Virus record (IMG/VR): IMGVR_UViG_3300025133_008097
Coordinates: 52,841-116,840 of that record
Length of the DNA stretch: 64,000 bases
DNA from: a virus
Strand: one strand, 5' to 3'
The position numbers and the translations under genes are program-made. The notes under the pieces are model-generated. The model had not been told where the DNA came from, ran no database searches, and was given only the letters and a program-made list of their open reading frames with translations. Below are positions 1 through 10,920 of the stretch, piece after piece; position 1 is the first letter of the stretch, and the number at the start of each line of letters is the position of its first letter.

Positions 1-1860
1 GCAAGCTTCTCCTCTAGTATGGCAATGAGCGTTTACTTTAATGGAGTACTCGCCAATGACAATCAGAACAAGATTCGCTGGCCTGGACAAATGAGCAGCC
101 CGCTTTACGAACTGGCCATTGACAATTTCTTGTGTGAGACACTAAACTTCTTCCAAGATGGTCTAACAAGTTTCGTGTCAGCAGAGGAGACGGAGTTTAA
201 CCCAGTTAAGAAAAATCACTATTATGGCATGAGGGTGAATCTATATCGTACTACCGATGATGAAGGTAATCCAAATTTTGGTATGTATAGTCGGGCCAGT
301 GCATTTGGCGCGCCCCTTAAGGCCTCGGGTTCCCGCGGCGGAAACATTACTTATTCTCATTTAACGCCCCCATACTACAATGGAGGAGCAACCGCAGATA
401 TCATTTATAAAGCCAGCTATAGCGATCGTCCGGCCCTGCAGGACATTATCTCACAGGTGGTTATTGAATACAATCGAGACGTCGAAACAAACTTAGTGGC
501 CGGGACGTTTGGTTCAGATGGCCCGAATGGTTATCTAAGCAGCTCTTATATTGGCAACGTTACCGGTGCACTTCACACCGATTATGTTCACAATCAGATG
601 CAAATTAGTGCCAGTGTTAATTTGTTGGATAAGATCTTGGCCGTCCCTGCAGGTCCGGGCGCAACAGCCAAGCCTCGATGGCTCATCCAATCTAAATTTG
701 AAACCCCGGTTCTCAACTTTTATGATACCCCCTCACTGCCACATGGTACCTCTTCAATGGGAGACGCCGGAGGCCAGAGCGGAGTAGGGTGTATTAATGT
801 GACTTCATCAACCGCCCCATTCCAAATTCGCGGGATGTGGCACCAGTACGGCCAAATACCAAGTGGCTCAGAAGGACTATTTTTGGGGGTTCAAGATCTT
901 CCGACGAAATACTCATCATCTTATTATAGCGGCTCGATTGAACTCAAGTCTCTCAGATCGGTGGTAGGGTTTCAAAACGCCGGCGACCAAAGAGTTGGTC
1001 AACTAGCAGAAGCAAAAACTGTTAGAGAAGCAGTTATATGTGTGCCCTTTACTGTTAAGAACAACCGGCGCCAATTTTTTAGTCTTCCTCCAACTCGAAT
1101 GCTACACCGCGCCCGAGCATTCGCAACGCGTTCCCGGAACCGCCAAATCCCGGCACAACGAAGTTCTCGCTTCGATAGCCTAAGGAACAGAGCCGCAGTC
1201 TCTGCCCAGAAGTGGGATCAATATGGTGATGCATATGATAGGCAGCTTTCTATTTTAACAAGTTATGTGTTGCCCCCAACCTTGGACTTTTTTACCAACC
1301 CAAGTGTGCGCCCAGTTTATTTTACTGCTTTTGAATTTAGCGACACCTTTAGCCAAAAAGATCTTCAAAACATGTGGCAAAATCTACCGCCGGAGAGCAA
1401 CCAGAAATTTAAAAAATTGGAAAGCTCAGTTCATATTTCAGAATTTTGGACAAGCCGATTCTTTGGCCCGGAGAACGGCGGCAATGTTCAGTGGATGGTT
1501 TTCAAGGTTAAACAAAGGGCTGCAAAAGATTATGATATTTTCTCCAAACAGGGGCTCACGCAGGACACTCCTATCACTTCGCCGTCGATTCGATCGCCAT
1601 ATACGTTCAACTGGCCTTATGATTATTTCTCCTTAGTTGAACTACTTAAAATTGATGAAAATATGGAATATGTTTCGGGAGAACTTCAAGATAGCATAGG
1701 GGCCTGGGAAGAAATGCCCCCTCAGCCACTACTTGGTGCATCCCCCGATGAGCCGCGGTCGGCTAGAGGAAGCCGAGAGGGCGAAGCTAGCGCCGGTGAA
1801 GAGGTCGCGCTCCTTAATGAAGAGGCCTCCGAAGGCACATCCCGACGACGGAGAAAGTAG
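1..1860 (+). CDS. C-terminal part of a large virion structural protein (probably 5'-truncated by the window edge)
   Basis: ORF 19..1860, and the frame is open back to base 1. It sits at the head of a tightly coupled run of large structural-type ORFs. No catalytic motif recognised. Confidence 0.55.
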   Translation, partial: ASFSSSMAMSVYFNGVLANDNQNKIRWPGQMSSPLYELAIDNFLCETLNFFQDGLTSFVSAEETEFNPVKKNHYYGMRVNLYRTTDDEGNPNFGMYSRASAFGAPLKASGSRGGNITYSHLTPPYYNGGATADIIYKASYSDRPALQDIISQVVIEYNRDVETNLVAGTFGSDGPNGYLSSSYIGNVTGALHTDYVHNQMQISASVNLLDKILAVPAGPGATAKPRWLIQSKFETPVLNFYDTPSLPHGTSSMGDAGGQSGVGCINVTSSTAPFQIRGMWHQYGQIPSGSEGLFLGVQDLPTKYSSSYYSGSIELKSLRSVVGFQNAGDQRVGQLAEAKTVREAVICVPFTVKNNRRQFFSLPPTRMLHRARAFATRSRNRQIPAQRSSRFDSLRNRAAVSAQKWDQYGDAYDRQLSILTSYVLPPTLDFFTNPSVRPVYFTAFEFSDTFSQKDLQNMWQNLPPESNQKFKKLESSVHISEFWTSRFFGPENGGNVQWMVFKVKQRAAKDYDIFSKQGLTQDTPITSPSIRSPYTFNWPYDYFSLVELLKIDENMEYVSGELQDSIGAWEEMPPQPLLGASPDEPRSARGSREGEASAGEEVALLNEEASEGTSRRRRK

Positions 1861-1869
1861 AGGCATAAG

Positions 1870-2907
1870 ATGGAGTTTTTCAATAAAAAAGAAGACGTCC
1901 TAGATGTTCAACTCACCGAGTATGGAAAATACCTCTTATCTCAGGGGAGGATGAAGCCGGCCTATTATGCTTTTTTTGACGATGAGGTGTTATATGATCT
2001 CTCGGCTAGTGGAGACCAGAACGAAGCGCAGAAAGATGTAGATCGAAGAATCCGCTATGAAACTCCTAATTTACGACCGCAAAGTAATACAACGGGAGTG
2101 GAAACCCGCGTAAGGCAATTTCAAAAAGCAGTACAAAAGAATGCCAACAAGAAGGCGCTAACAGTCAATTCTATCGACTTTGCCGATGCTTTCGAAAACG
2201 TTCCCCACTTTGATCAGAAGTTTTTTGTGGCCACAGACCCCTTAGGAAGCAGTGATCTCAAGTCGACGTATGACCCGGCATGGGGAGTAAACCTTCTTCA
2301 TAACGAGATATCTTCTAGCACCGATTATTATACTGTTAATTTAACGAGTAGTGCAGCAACGTTGAATAACGGCGTGATTAAGGAAATCCCTCAGATCAAT
2401 ATTACGTTGGACTATAAGACTTTTTATACAAAGAACACCATGGCCGGCCCAGACTTTGAGATTCTAGCTTCTTTGAATGCAGAAGGAATTAATTTAGCGT
2501 TGGAAAAAAATTATATCTTAATAGACGTCCAAGAGCACAATACAAATTATGAAAAAGAAAATTTTTATATAGAGGTATTTGAGTCGGGAAGCGATGATAT
2601 GCTTAAGCAGATGTGCTTTACTAAAGGGTTTAAAAAGCCAGACGCCGATAGTGCAGACAGTTATCTAGATCTTAGCACAGATTGGGAAATCCCCGGACCA
2701 TCGATTACTCGCCAGTTCTGTATCGACGAAAATACTATTAACAATAATGGTCCTACTTGTCAAGATCCTTATGGCGACAGCTCGGCTGGCTTCGCCGCCA
2801 CGCGCGGTGGCGGTGGCGACGACGATCAACGCTTTGAAATTGAGACCGGCCCGCAGATCTATTCTACTGAAGAGGATAGTACCAAGGATGAGGAGCCCTG
2901 CGACTAA
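1870..2907 (+). CDS. Virion/baseplate structural protein, N-terminus paralogous to 9952..10905
   Basis: N-terminal DVQLTEYGKYLLSQG...AFFDDEVLYD resembles DAVLTDTGRMRLAKG...FALGDDEINY of 9952..10905. TAATG coupling to the next gene. Confidence 0.55.
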   Translation: MEFFNKKEDVLDVQLTEYGKYLLSQGRMKPAYYAFFDDEVLYDLSASGDQNEAQKDVDRRIRYETPNLRPQSNTTGVETRVRQFQKAVQKNANKKALTVNSIDFADAFENVPHFDQKFFVATDPLGSSDLKSTYDPAWGVNLLHNEISSSTDYYTVNLTSSAATLNNGVIKEIPQINITLDYKTFYTKNTMAGPDFEILASLNAEGINLALEKNYILIDVQEHNTNYEKENFYIEVFESGSDDMLKQMCFTKGFKKPDADSADSYLDLSTDWEIPGPSITRQFCIDENTINNNGPTCQDPYGDSSAGFAATRGGGGDDDQRFEIETGPQIYSTEEDSTKDEEPCD

Positions 2908-5888
2908 TGGGAAATATTTCATCCACAATATTTAATAATCCGTTACCCGCGGTATTGGTAAAAGAGGTTCTGCTAAGAGGGGATCAAACCAACCGAGCGA
3001 TAACGAAGATAGATATCAAGCTCACACTTCAAAATATGAAGCTGGAAGATGGTGAACCGTTTTCTTTGTTTGTCGCTCTGGTAACCGACCGAGATGCATT
3101 AGCAGCGCTGCAAAAGAATCCGTCAGCTCTTCAATATGAAATATCTACACCGAACTCCCCAAGTGTAAAAACCGGTCGTATGCTGAAGAAATATATTGGC
3201 GTAGAAGACTTTTTCGTAGATAAAAAAATAAGACACCTACTCAATACTCGCGATGGCGCCGGCGTGACCACCAAAGAAATTTCAGTTGGGATGGATATTT
3301 TTGCCACCCAAAACCAAGATCTGTGGATTTATTGCATCCCCTATCAATCAAGTAAGGGAGCCGATGATAAGGTCAAACAAGTTATCGGCAAGCACAGATT
3401 CCAATTCGGCGCGCATGTAGTCGAGCCCATATTTGCGGGAGGCGCCCCCCCCACAACCACATATTTGTATACACTAGCCCAAGGAGGTAGACATTTCGGC
3501 CAGAAAGGCGACGTGTGGCCCGGAGCGGTTACTTTTCATAAGAACTCTTATTATGTCAAACCTGTTTTCCGCGCACTTGGCCCCAAGCTCAAACGATCCC
3601 AGGTAAGTAATCAAAAAATTAAAGATCTTAGAGTGCTAGAAATTATTGATGGCCTCGATTTAGATAATTTTGTATTTAACACCAATAATATTAATCGCAG
3701 TAATGTTAAAAAATATGAGAAAGTAAAGGGCCTCTTGGGGAAGAAATATTTTTCTCCATTCCAGTATTGTCGCGACAGCAAGGGTGCCTTTAAGCTATTT
3801 TTAGGGATGGACTACAACACTTACATTCAGGATAATGCGCGCCTGGCGAATCTATTTGCCAACAAGGGATCTCTTAAGTCCTGTTTTACGATAAACGAAG
3901 TATCGGTTTATCGGGAAAGGAAAAATGAAATTTCTGAGGGGAGCAAACTGACCGCACAACCGATTGCCCCATCTTCGGACTTCTTCGTCGAGCCGCCTAA
4001 GTTTGTTGGGGATTTGAGTTCTGCAGTAGCGACAATTGATATGGGTTTAGGCGATTTCTTAAATTTTGTTATTACAGACAAAGCGATGAAGAAGGAAGAA
4101 ATATCTAATTTTGAATATACCATTACTTTTGAATTTGTAGATTCAACTGCTCAAGCTGTTAAAAATATTGTTGATAGATTAGAAATGATCTTCACTGAAT
4201 TCCAATCATTTATGTCTAAGTTTGAGGGCCTCGGAAAAAAGAATTACGATATAGAAGAATATTTGAGAGTAAATGCTGACACTATTAAGTCGGACGACTC
4301 ATGGGTTCGCTTAATTGATGAATTTTTGGCTTCAATTTTATTTATATTTGGGCCCGAGACTTTCGGAAACGAGACCCCTCTCGTATGGAAAAAAAATCTA
4401 ACAACCATGATAAATCCAATGTGTGCCACAGACGAAACTTTTCGGGAATTTACCGAGACCATAAAAGGATATATTGGAGATCTGCGTAATATTGTGTCTC
4501 TCCCTGTCGTGGGCAGAAGCGATAAAAAGTTTAGTACTCGGTCCAAAGTAGCTCAAACCCAAGAGATGGTCCGGAAGATTAAGTATACGTATAAATCTCA
4601 GAAGGTTAAAAAAACCACGGATGCGGACGTTGGCTTTGATTACTTGGGTATAGCTAAGTTTTTAAAGGAGAGTGGCACTGGCCTCTCGGGGATTGAGCTT
4701 GATGATTTTGAAAAAAGAATGAACTTAGAGATCAATAAGTATAAGGTAGCCAATCCTAATGTCACCTCTATTAATAGGTATGGGTTCTTATCTCCTTATC
4801 GCATATACACTCCCTACGAAACTCAGGATACCTTTGGGGACCACCTAGAGCTAGCCGATGGTCTTATAATTTTAGAAAATAATAAGAATCCCTCTATTTC
4901 ACAGTTCATAGCTGATGGATCCCCGCAGGAAGTAGATCTTAAAATCTCCACGATGATGTCGATTCTGGGCACCAGCGGCATTTATATGGAGCCATTATTT
5001 ACTGGACTGACAGAGCATGTCGCCGCTAAGCTGTCACTAAGAGACGAAGAACAATCTGATTCTGATGATTATTTTGATGTAGACGCCTTTACTCTAGAAG
5101 GCCAAAGTGCAGAAGACCACGTTAGTGGCAGTAGCGGTGTTAGATTTAGAGATCTCCAAGGCCAAAAAAGTAAGATGTTGATGTTAGAATCCGACTTAGC
5201 CGAGAAAATGGTCGATGGTATCGCTCAGAATTTTACTGATTTTAAACTTCTTCCAAGACCCGGATCGGCGGGCTCCTTGGCGCATGCGCGGATACATCAA
5301 AACCTTGAAGAGTTTAGGGATACTAACTCATTTGAAAGAGACATTTTTTATAATTCTTTGAAAAAGATAGAAACATTGACGGGATATTTTAACGATAATA
5401 TTCGTCGTCCTAAATGGGAAGTCCTAACCGCAGGCCAGCTTGCGCAGCTTAAAGAGACTGACAGATCAATACTTTGTCGTTTGTCGCCGTGCCCTCCGGT
5501 AACGAGTGCTCCCACTCGTTATAATCTGGGTGCTTATAACCATTTATTTGTTTTGGGCGACGGCTTTGCCGGCCAGAAACAAATGCGCGCTAACTATCTT
5601 AAAAGGTATAAGGGCTACCTCACTCGAATGACAGCTCTTAACCAGAGTGTCGCAGCCAACATTGCTCGCCCCGAAGCAAACTATGGACCAGAATATTATG
5701 TTGCGTCCGCGCCGTCATCCGCGGCCAATAAGGGAGTCGGGAAAAAAGTAGAAAAGGATAAAAAGGCTGCCTCTAAGAAAGGAAAAACATCTAAGCTCAC
5801 ACAACGAAGGGCACAATCAATGGCGGCACTTGAAAACACAGACGCAGCTAAGAACACCGGCAAAAAAGGTCGTCGAGGAGGATATTAA
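2907..5888 (+). CDS. Large hypothetical virion protein with a Lys-rich tail ending RRGGY
   Basis: 993-aa ORF, translationally coupled, in structural context. Confidence 0.5.
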   Translation: MGNISSTIFNNPLPAVLVKEVLLRGDQTNRAITKIDIKLTLQNMKLEDGEPFSLFVALVTDRDALAALQKNPSALQYEISTPNSPSVKTGRMLKKYIGVEDFFVDKKIRHLLNTRDGAGVTTKEISVGMDIFATQNQDLWIYCIPYQSSKGADDKVKQVIGKHRFQFGAHVVEPIFAGGAPPTTTYLYTLAQGGRHFGQKGDVWPGAVTFHKNSYYVKPVFRALGPKLKRSQVSNQKIKDLRVLEIIDGLDLDNFVFNTNNINRSNVKKYEKVKGLLGKKYFSPFQYCRDSKGAFKLFLGMDYNTYIQDNARLANLFANKGSLKSCFTINEVSVYRERKNEISEGSKLTAQPIAPSSDFFVEPPKFVGDLSSAVATIDMGLGDFLNFVITDKAMKKEEISNFEYTITFEFVDSTAQAVKNIVDRLEMIFTEFQSFMSKFEGLGKKNYDIEEYLRVNADTIKSDDSWVRLIDEFLASILFIFGPETFGNETPLVWKKNLTTMINPMCATDETFREFTETIKGYIGDLRNIVSLPVVGRSDKKFSTRSKVAQTQEMVRKIKYTYKSQKVKKTTDADVGFDYLGIAKFLKESGTGLSGIELDDFEKRMNLEINKYKVANPNVTSINRYGFLSPYRIYTPYETQDTFGDHLELADGLIILENNKNPSISQFIADGSPQEVDLKISTMMSILGTSGIYMEPLFTGLTEHVAAKLSLRDEEQSDSDDYFDVDAFTLEGQSAEDHVSGSSGVRFRDLQGQKSKMLMLESDLAEKMVDGIAQNFTDFKLLPRPGSAGSLAHARIHQNLEEFRDTNSFERDIFYNSLKKIETLTGYFNDNIRRPKWEVLTAGQLAQLKETDRSILCRLSPCPPVTSAPTRYNLGAYNHLFVLGDGFAGQKQMRANYLKRYKGYLTRMTALNQSVAANIARPEANYGPEYYVASAPSSAANKGVGKKVEKDKKAASKKGKTSKLTQRRAQSMAALENTDAAKNTGKKGRRGGY

Positions 5889-5890
5889 TT

Positions 5891-8581
5891 ATGGGGGCAT
5901 ATTCTAACTTCTCTTTATTAGTTGAAGAGGACAACATAGGCATCAAACTAAGAGCATCCAAGAAACAATCGCCTTACTTTTTACATCCTCTGGTGCGCAA
6001 TAGGTGGGGCACAAAAGACCTCCTCCGCGGCGCCCAAGGATATTATTTTGCCAAAGGGAGCTATAAGGGGCAGCCGCGGCTATTTGATTTTGTTAATCAC
6101 CCATGGTACGGCCCCCGTATTAATCGCCCTCTGCAAGTTCCTGGCGGAGGAAGGTTTACTGATTCATATTTTACACTGTATGCCAACGACACGCCCTGGA
6201 ATCAGGCGCCCACCAAAAAAGTGAAGAGTCAACTTGAAGATTATCTCTCAAAGCCTCAAACGTCTGCACGAAAGGGTGATCCAAACTTTTATCAGTATTT
6301 GGCAGGAAATATTAGTGAGACGACATACTATAAGAGTAAACAACAGCCTATAGTTTCGCCCCTCTTAAAATTAGATACAAACTTTACCGATCACCATACG
6401 CACTACTATTATCCGCCCACCTCCAAAAGAGTGCTAGAAAAAAGTGATTATAATTTACAAGTAAATTCTTATTATAATTTTTATCTTGATACCTCTCCTC
6501 CCTATGAAACGGTAACGTCCAACGCCGGCGCCGGCGCAGAACTAGTGCTCCCCAATTTGTACATGCTGGAATCTGACATACATAACACCGCTAGTGTAAA
6601 CTACAGCGAGCAACTTACTTTAAACAATGCTAGTAATTTTTATGATGGACCGCAACTGGATGTGTGGTTCTTAAAGCAAAACCAAACGAGTGCTGAGGGT
6701 AGCCAGTCGTATTATCAGCAGTTTTCTGAGACGCTAGGGCAATTGAACCGCTCTGGAGCCATAAAAAAGGTCAAAGGGGCGTTTAAAAGAAAGTTTCGAA
6801 ATGTTGTAGTTCTCTATCCTGATCTGGATATACTTAAAAAGTACATCATCAGGGATGACAAGGGCACACCAGGCGATACATCTGACGATGTGAAATCTAC
6901 TTCTTTTTGTCCTTTTTATAATGAAGTTGTTGTTGGCTTTGACAAGAACGATGTTTTGGGGATTGGGGGTAAGCCTGGAGCACAGTCCTTTTTTACTTCG
7001 TTGTTTGCCTCCAAACTTGGCGCCGATGAGGTAAGAAGCTTTATAGTGATCCTACAATTGTATATCGTGGAGATGATGAGCGCCGGAAAGGTCGACCGCT
7101 TTCGGGGACAAAAATGGAGTCGGGAAGTAATTTCTCCCACCGGCGCCTGGCGCGCCTCCTTAACCAAGCTCGATGATAAGAGTGATGTGGTCTTTAAAAT
7201 GCATGAGTTCCTCTATCGGTTAAGAAATAAGGAGTTGGACTATTTGTTGGATGTTTATAATAAGTCTAAAGAAGAGGCGTCTCCAAATTCAAATTATACT
7301 ATTCTGCGAGAGTGGGAAAAGGGAGGAGAGCTATTTCAGCTAAATATAAAAGATGCGATTAAAGTTGCAAACAGTGATGAGTTTGAAGAACTTCTAGAAG
7401 ATAGAAAAAGAAATCTTGTTCAAGTATATAGGAATGCCGCAGCCCCCAGTGAGACGCTAATGTATCTCATTGAAAAAAGAGTAAAGCCCACGGCAAAAGG
7501 TCTTCACGGCCCTCTTCTGCAGACAATGATTCTTTCAAAGGATGTTGTTTTTAGTGAACTGTTAAGATATATTGATACCCAAGTTAAATATGGAATAAGA
7601 TATAAATATGAAATAAAACAAGTACGGGTAGTATTCGGAAATGAATATAGCTATGATAGTGTGGGCTTTGACTTCGGCCCCTCTAGGACAGGGGAAGGTC
7701 GTGCCGTAGGAAACGCTCTAGGATTTTATAAGCCGCCCGGGAACGCAACGGTTAACAACGAAGCTCCGAGTCTGCAATATGCATATCAGACACGCGGCAA
7801 TCCTCAACGACGAGGAAAGTCTCAAGCAGGGAATTTTATATTTAGTCTTCCGAAGGCCACGGTACAAAAATTAAAAAAGGAAAAGGTGTTGCCATCCTCT
7901 GTAAAAGGCGGAGTTACTTCTCCTGCAATTCAATACTATCGGGCAATACAAAAGGGAGTAGCCGATTTTTCTGGCTTGGTGGTAGAGCTGCATGCCGGCA
8001 CCACCGCGAACAGCGGAATGACTGCACACACCATAGAGATCCCGTCAGACCTACAAGGCTCGTCGCGAAGGCTAACCAAGGCATTCAATGCCGACGACGA
8101 GCCTAATACTAACGCCAGTCCAATGCCCAATTACAAATATGCAATCGATCTTTTAAGTGGCGATGCTGTGGGAAGCCAGACAGAATTAGACCAAACAGTT
8201 AGAGAAATAGAGATTTATTTCCGAGGCATTATAGAGAGAAATGACCGCCAAAAGGTTAACAAACTCTTGGAGTCTATGAGGAATATCCGCGATAATTTTG
8301 CACAGCCATTACCGGGGACACCCTCAGTGGTGGTAAGTGATGTTAGGTTTAATGCAGCCACCACAATATATAATATGGTAGACAACAAGGTGCGAGACTT
8401 ACTGAGTGTTGTTCCATCGGAGTCAGATATGAAAGAGGTGCCGACTCGCATGCCCCCCATCCTGAAAGAGATTTTGGAGTCGGAGGGCGACGATCCGGCA
8501 CAGCAAAGATCTATGGCCACCACATTTGGGGGCCCTAGAGGAAATAAGCGCAATACTCGGATGAAGTTGAGGAAGATGTAA
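5891..8581 (+). CDS. Large hypothetical virion protein
   Basis: 896-aa ORF, 2 nt after the previous stop. Confidence 0.5.
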   Translation: MGAYSNFSLLVEEDNIGIKLRASKKQSPYFLHPLVRNRWGTKDLLRGAQGYYFAKGSYKGQPRLFDFVNHPWYGPRINRPLQVPGGGRFTDSYFTLYANDTPWNQAPTKKVKSQLEDYLSKPQTSARKGDPNFYQYLAGNISETTYYKSKQQPIVSPLLKLDTNFTDHHTHYYYPPTSKRVLEKSDYNLQVNSYYNFYLDTSPPYETVTSNAGAGAELVLPNLYMLESDIHNTASVNYSEQLTLNNASNFYDGPQLDVWFLKQNQTSAEGSQSYYQQFSETLGQLNRSGAIKKVKGAFKRKFRNVVVLYPDLDILKKYIIRDDKGTPGDTSDDVKSTSFCPFYNEVVVGFDKNDVLGIGGKPGAQSFFTSLFASKLGADEVRSFIVILQLYIVEMMSAGKVDRFRGQKWSREVISPTGAWRASLTKLDDKSDVVFKMHEFLYRLRNKELDYLLDVYNKSKEEASPNSNYTILREWEKGGELFQLNIKDAIKVANSDEFEELLEDRKRNLVQVYRNAAAPSETLMYLIEKRVKPTAKGLHGPLLQTMILSKDVVFSELLRYIDTQVKYGIRYKYEIKQVRVVFGNEYSYDSVGFDFGPSRTGEGRAVGNALGFYKPPGNATVNNEAPSLQYAYQTRGNPQRRGKSQAGNFIFSLPKATVQKLKKEKVLPSSVKGGVTSPAIQYYRAIQKGVADFSGLVVELHAGTTANSGMTAHTIEIPSDLQGSSRRLTKAFNADDEPNTNASPMPNYKYAIDLLSGDAVGSQTELDQTVREIEIYFRGIIERNDRQKVNKLLESMRNIRDNFAQPLPGTPSVVVSDVRFNAATTIYNMVDNKVRDLLSVVPSESDMKEVPTRMPPILKEILESEGDDPAQQRSMATTFGGPRGNKRNTRMKLRKM

Positions 8582-8584
8582 AAT

Positions 8585-9907
8585 ATGGCAATCAAATCAA
8601 TTAATTGGTGGCTAGACATCGAAGAGTATGAGGGAAATGCTCTGGCCAACTCCTTTTCTGCAGGCCCAATCGTAAGATCTTGGGACGAAACAAATGCGGC
8701 AGATCCTCAGAAGTTCATGACAATTCAGGAACTGGTCGATGAGATAAATGAATTGTTTGTGCACGCCTGGGACGAGGGCAATGGCGACACTCAAAACCTA
8801 TATGAAGTTATTCCCACCTTGGTTTCCACTAGCGAGACTGTGCAAGGCAGCACCGCCGGGCAAGCTACCATTCGGTTTGAGTTTATTCGGAAGTATCCCA
8901 TTTATGCCCCCGGCGCCGCGGCCCAGAAAACATTTAAAATAGCTCTAGAGAGCGGCCCTCACGGAGCTGCCACGCTGCAGCCCCAATCCCCTAAGCTTCC
9001 CGCTGCTAGAGTAGCATATACCAACGAAGAAAGCGTGCAAGGACTCACGCTCCCCTATTGGTCTGAGAATACCGTAATAACAGATAAACCTCCTATCGCT
9101 CCTGATGTGGTTTTTGTACCCTTCTTGGGAGTGAGCAATAAGATTTTATTGTTGCTTGATGGCAATATGGGAGACTTGAATCTGAAGCCCATAATAATAA
9201 AGGATACTGATAGCTCTTTTATGGTCGAGGAACTTTTTTCCCAACTTAAATTGTCTGTACCCCAATCTGATGTGCGCAATTATGTAAAAACTAAAGATGT
9301 TGAACTAAACTATCGCAGCGACGATCCTATAAGAAGCTATCAAATCTTTAGACTGCGGAAAAAGCCCACTTCATACGAGGACTTTAATACCCCTAGAAAC
9401 CCGATCGCGACAATCTCGGAAGTCATAGCGCCCAACAAACCATCTACACCAGCGACACACTTAAGCACCATCCGGCCCAACACTAAATATTATTATTGTG
9501 TGAGAGGGATCGATATCCATAATAACATTTCTAACCCTACAGAGGTGTTTGAAGTAGAAATGGTGGACAATAATGGTCAAATTTTTTATACTATGAAGAC
9601 CTACGATATGGTTCCTGCACCCCCGGATAACTGCACCATGACGGGCCGGCGCTTCATTTATATTGCACCGGCACCACAACAGGCGGTCTTCGACAGAGAG
9701 ACATTTATGAGTTCGAACGCTATAAAAGATAAACCAGAGAATATAAAAATAACTGATTTACCGCCGGAAAATGTGTTAGGATATCTACCAGAAGATGCTT
9801 CACCGGTGTGGGATAAAAAATTCAAGGTTAGAGTAACCAGCTCAAAAACTGGTAAGAAATTTGATTTGAACATTACTGTTAAAAACAGTGGAGTTAATAA
9901 TCCATAG
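8585..9907 (+). CDS. Virion protein with a fibronectin type III-like (Ig-like) segment
   Basis: IRPNTKYYYCVRGID..NISNP matches the FN3 LxPxTxYxxxVxA pattern. Confidence 0.55.
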   Translation: MAIKSINWWLDIEEYEGNALANSFSAGPIVRSWDETNAADPQKFMTIQELVDEINELFVHAWDEGNGDTQNLYEVIPTLVSTSETVQGSTAGQATIRFEFIRKYPIYAPGAAAQKTFKIALESGPHGAATLQPQSPKLPAARVAYTNEESVQGLTLPYWSENTVITDKPPIAPDVVFVPFLGVSNKILLLLDGNMGDLNLKPIIIKDTDSSFMVEELFSQLKLSVPQSDVRNYVKTKDVELNYRSDDPIRSYQIFRLRKKPTSYEDFNTPRNPIATISEVIAPNKPSTPATHLSTIRPNTKYYYCVRGIDIHNNISNPTEVFEVEMVDNNGQIFYTMKTYDMVPAPPDNCTMTGRRFIYIAPAPQQAVFDRETFMSSNAIKDKPENIKITDLPPENVLGYLPEDASPVWDKKFKVRVTSSKTGKKFDLNITVKNSGVNNP

Positions 9908-9927
9908 GAATAATTGCTATTTTGTAA

Positions 9928-9934
9928 CTATTTA
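9928..9934 (+). promoter_or_regulatory. Putative late promoter motif CTATTTA
   Basis: Lies in the intergenic gap, 24 nt upstream of ATG 9952 and followed by SD AGAGGAGAGG. The motif recurs before many structural genes. Confidence 0.6.
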
Positions 9935-9951
9935 AGAGGAGAGGAAAAAAT

Positions 9952-10905
9952 ATGGGATTCTTGCAAAACGATGGCGACATCATCTTAGATGCCGTCTTAA
10001 CTGATACCGGAAGGATGAGGCTCGCCAAAGGCGATGGGAGCTTCAAAATTTCTAAGTTCGCCTTGGGCGACGACGAAATTAATTATAGCTTGTATGATAA
10101 GAACAACACTAGCGGTTCGGCATACTATGATTTAACAATTTTACAAACGCCAGTGTTGGAGGCATTTACGAACAATACCTCAACCATGAAGTCGAAATTA
10201 GTTTCAATTAATAGAAATGATATTTTATATCTTCCTGTGTTGGAACTTTATACTACTGCAGGGAAGGGTTCTGCTAAGAATGCGAACGGCACCTTCAATG
10301 TCGCTGTTGATAAAAACACCGTGGATACTCTCGTGACGCCAGGTACCGGTATCCTAAATGGATTTAAGCCCAACGATGATGCTTCCCGAATAGAAGTCCA
10401 CCAGGGGCTCGATACAACCGAACTCTCCAACGAAGAGCCTCTCTCTCGTGACTTGGTCGAGGTTGCCTACATTGTTGAAATTGACAATAGGTTTGGAGCT
10501 ATTTTTCCACCGCCTGGCGGAGTCTCTAGTAATGTGCTAGAAACAGACACCCAAAGCCCTGCGGCAACACCATCATTTATTGATGATGATAACATTGCGT
10601 CTTATTATTTTACTTTACGCAACACCAATGGCTTTGTATCTAACCTAGGCGGCACCGAAGACTCCTCCATCGCCGGTCCCCGCGGCACAAAACTAGGATT
10701 GAGAATTATGTCGAGTCTCGAATTGCGAACCAGTGACTATTTGTTTACCCAGCTTGGTACACTAGCAACATCGGCTCTCACCAACGATGCCGGGACGAAT
10801 CTCAGTTCCGCCAATTATCGATTCATTGACACAAGCGTTCGTATAACGGGCGTTAACACAGGGTATAGGATTGACATTCCAGTTCGGTTTGTAAGATCGG
10901 TATAG
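9952..10905 (+). CDS. Baseplate/tail-collar-type structural protein
   Basis: N-terminal LTDTGRMRLAKG..FKISKFALGDDE resembles the N-terminal half of tail-collar/fibre-attachment domains. Strong SD. Confidence 0.5.
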   Translation: MGFLQNDGDIILDAVLTDTGRMRLAKGDGSFKISKFALGDDEINYSLYDKNNTSGSAYYDLTILQTPVLEAFTNNTSTMKSKLVSINRNDILYLPVLELYTTAGKGSAKNANGTFNVAVDKNTVDTLVTPGTGILNGFKPNDDASRIEVHQGLDTTELSNEEPLSRDLVEVAYIVEIDNRFGAIFPPPGGVSSNVLETDTQSPAATPSFIDDDNIASYYFTLRNTNGFVSNLGGTEDSSIAGPRGTKLGLRIMSSLELRTSDYLFTQLGTLATSALTNDAGTNLSSANYRFIDTSVRITGVNTGYRIDIPVRFVRSV

Positions 10906-10920
10906 GAAGAAGGATAAACC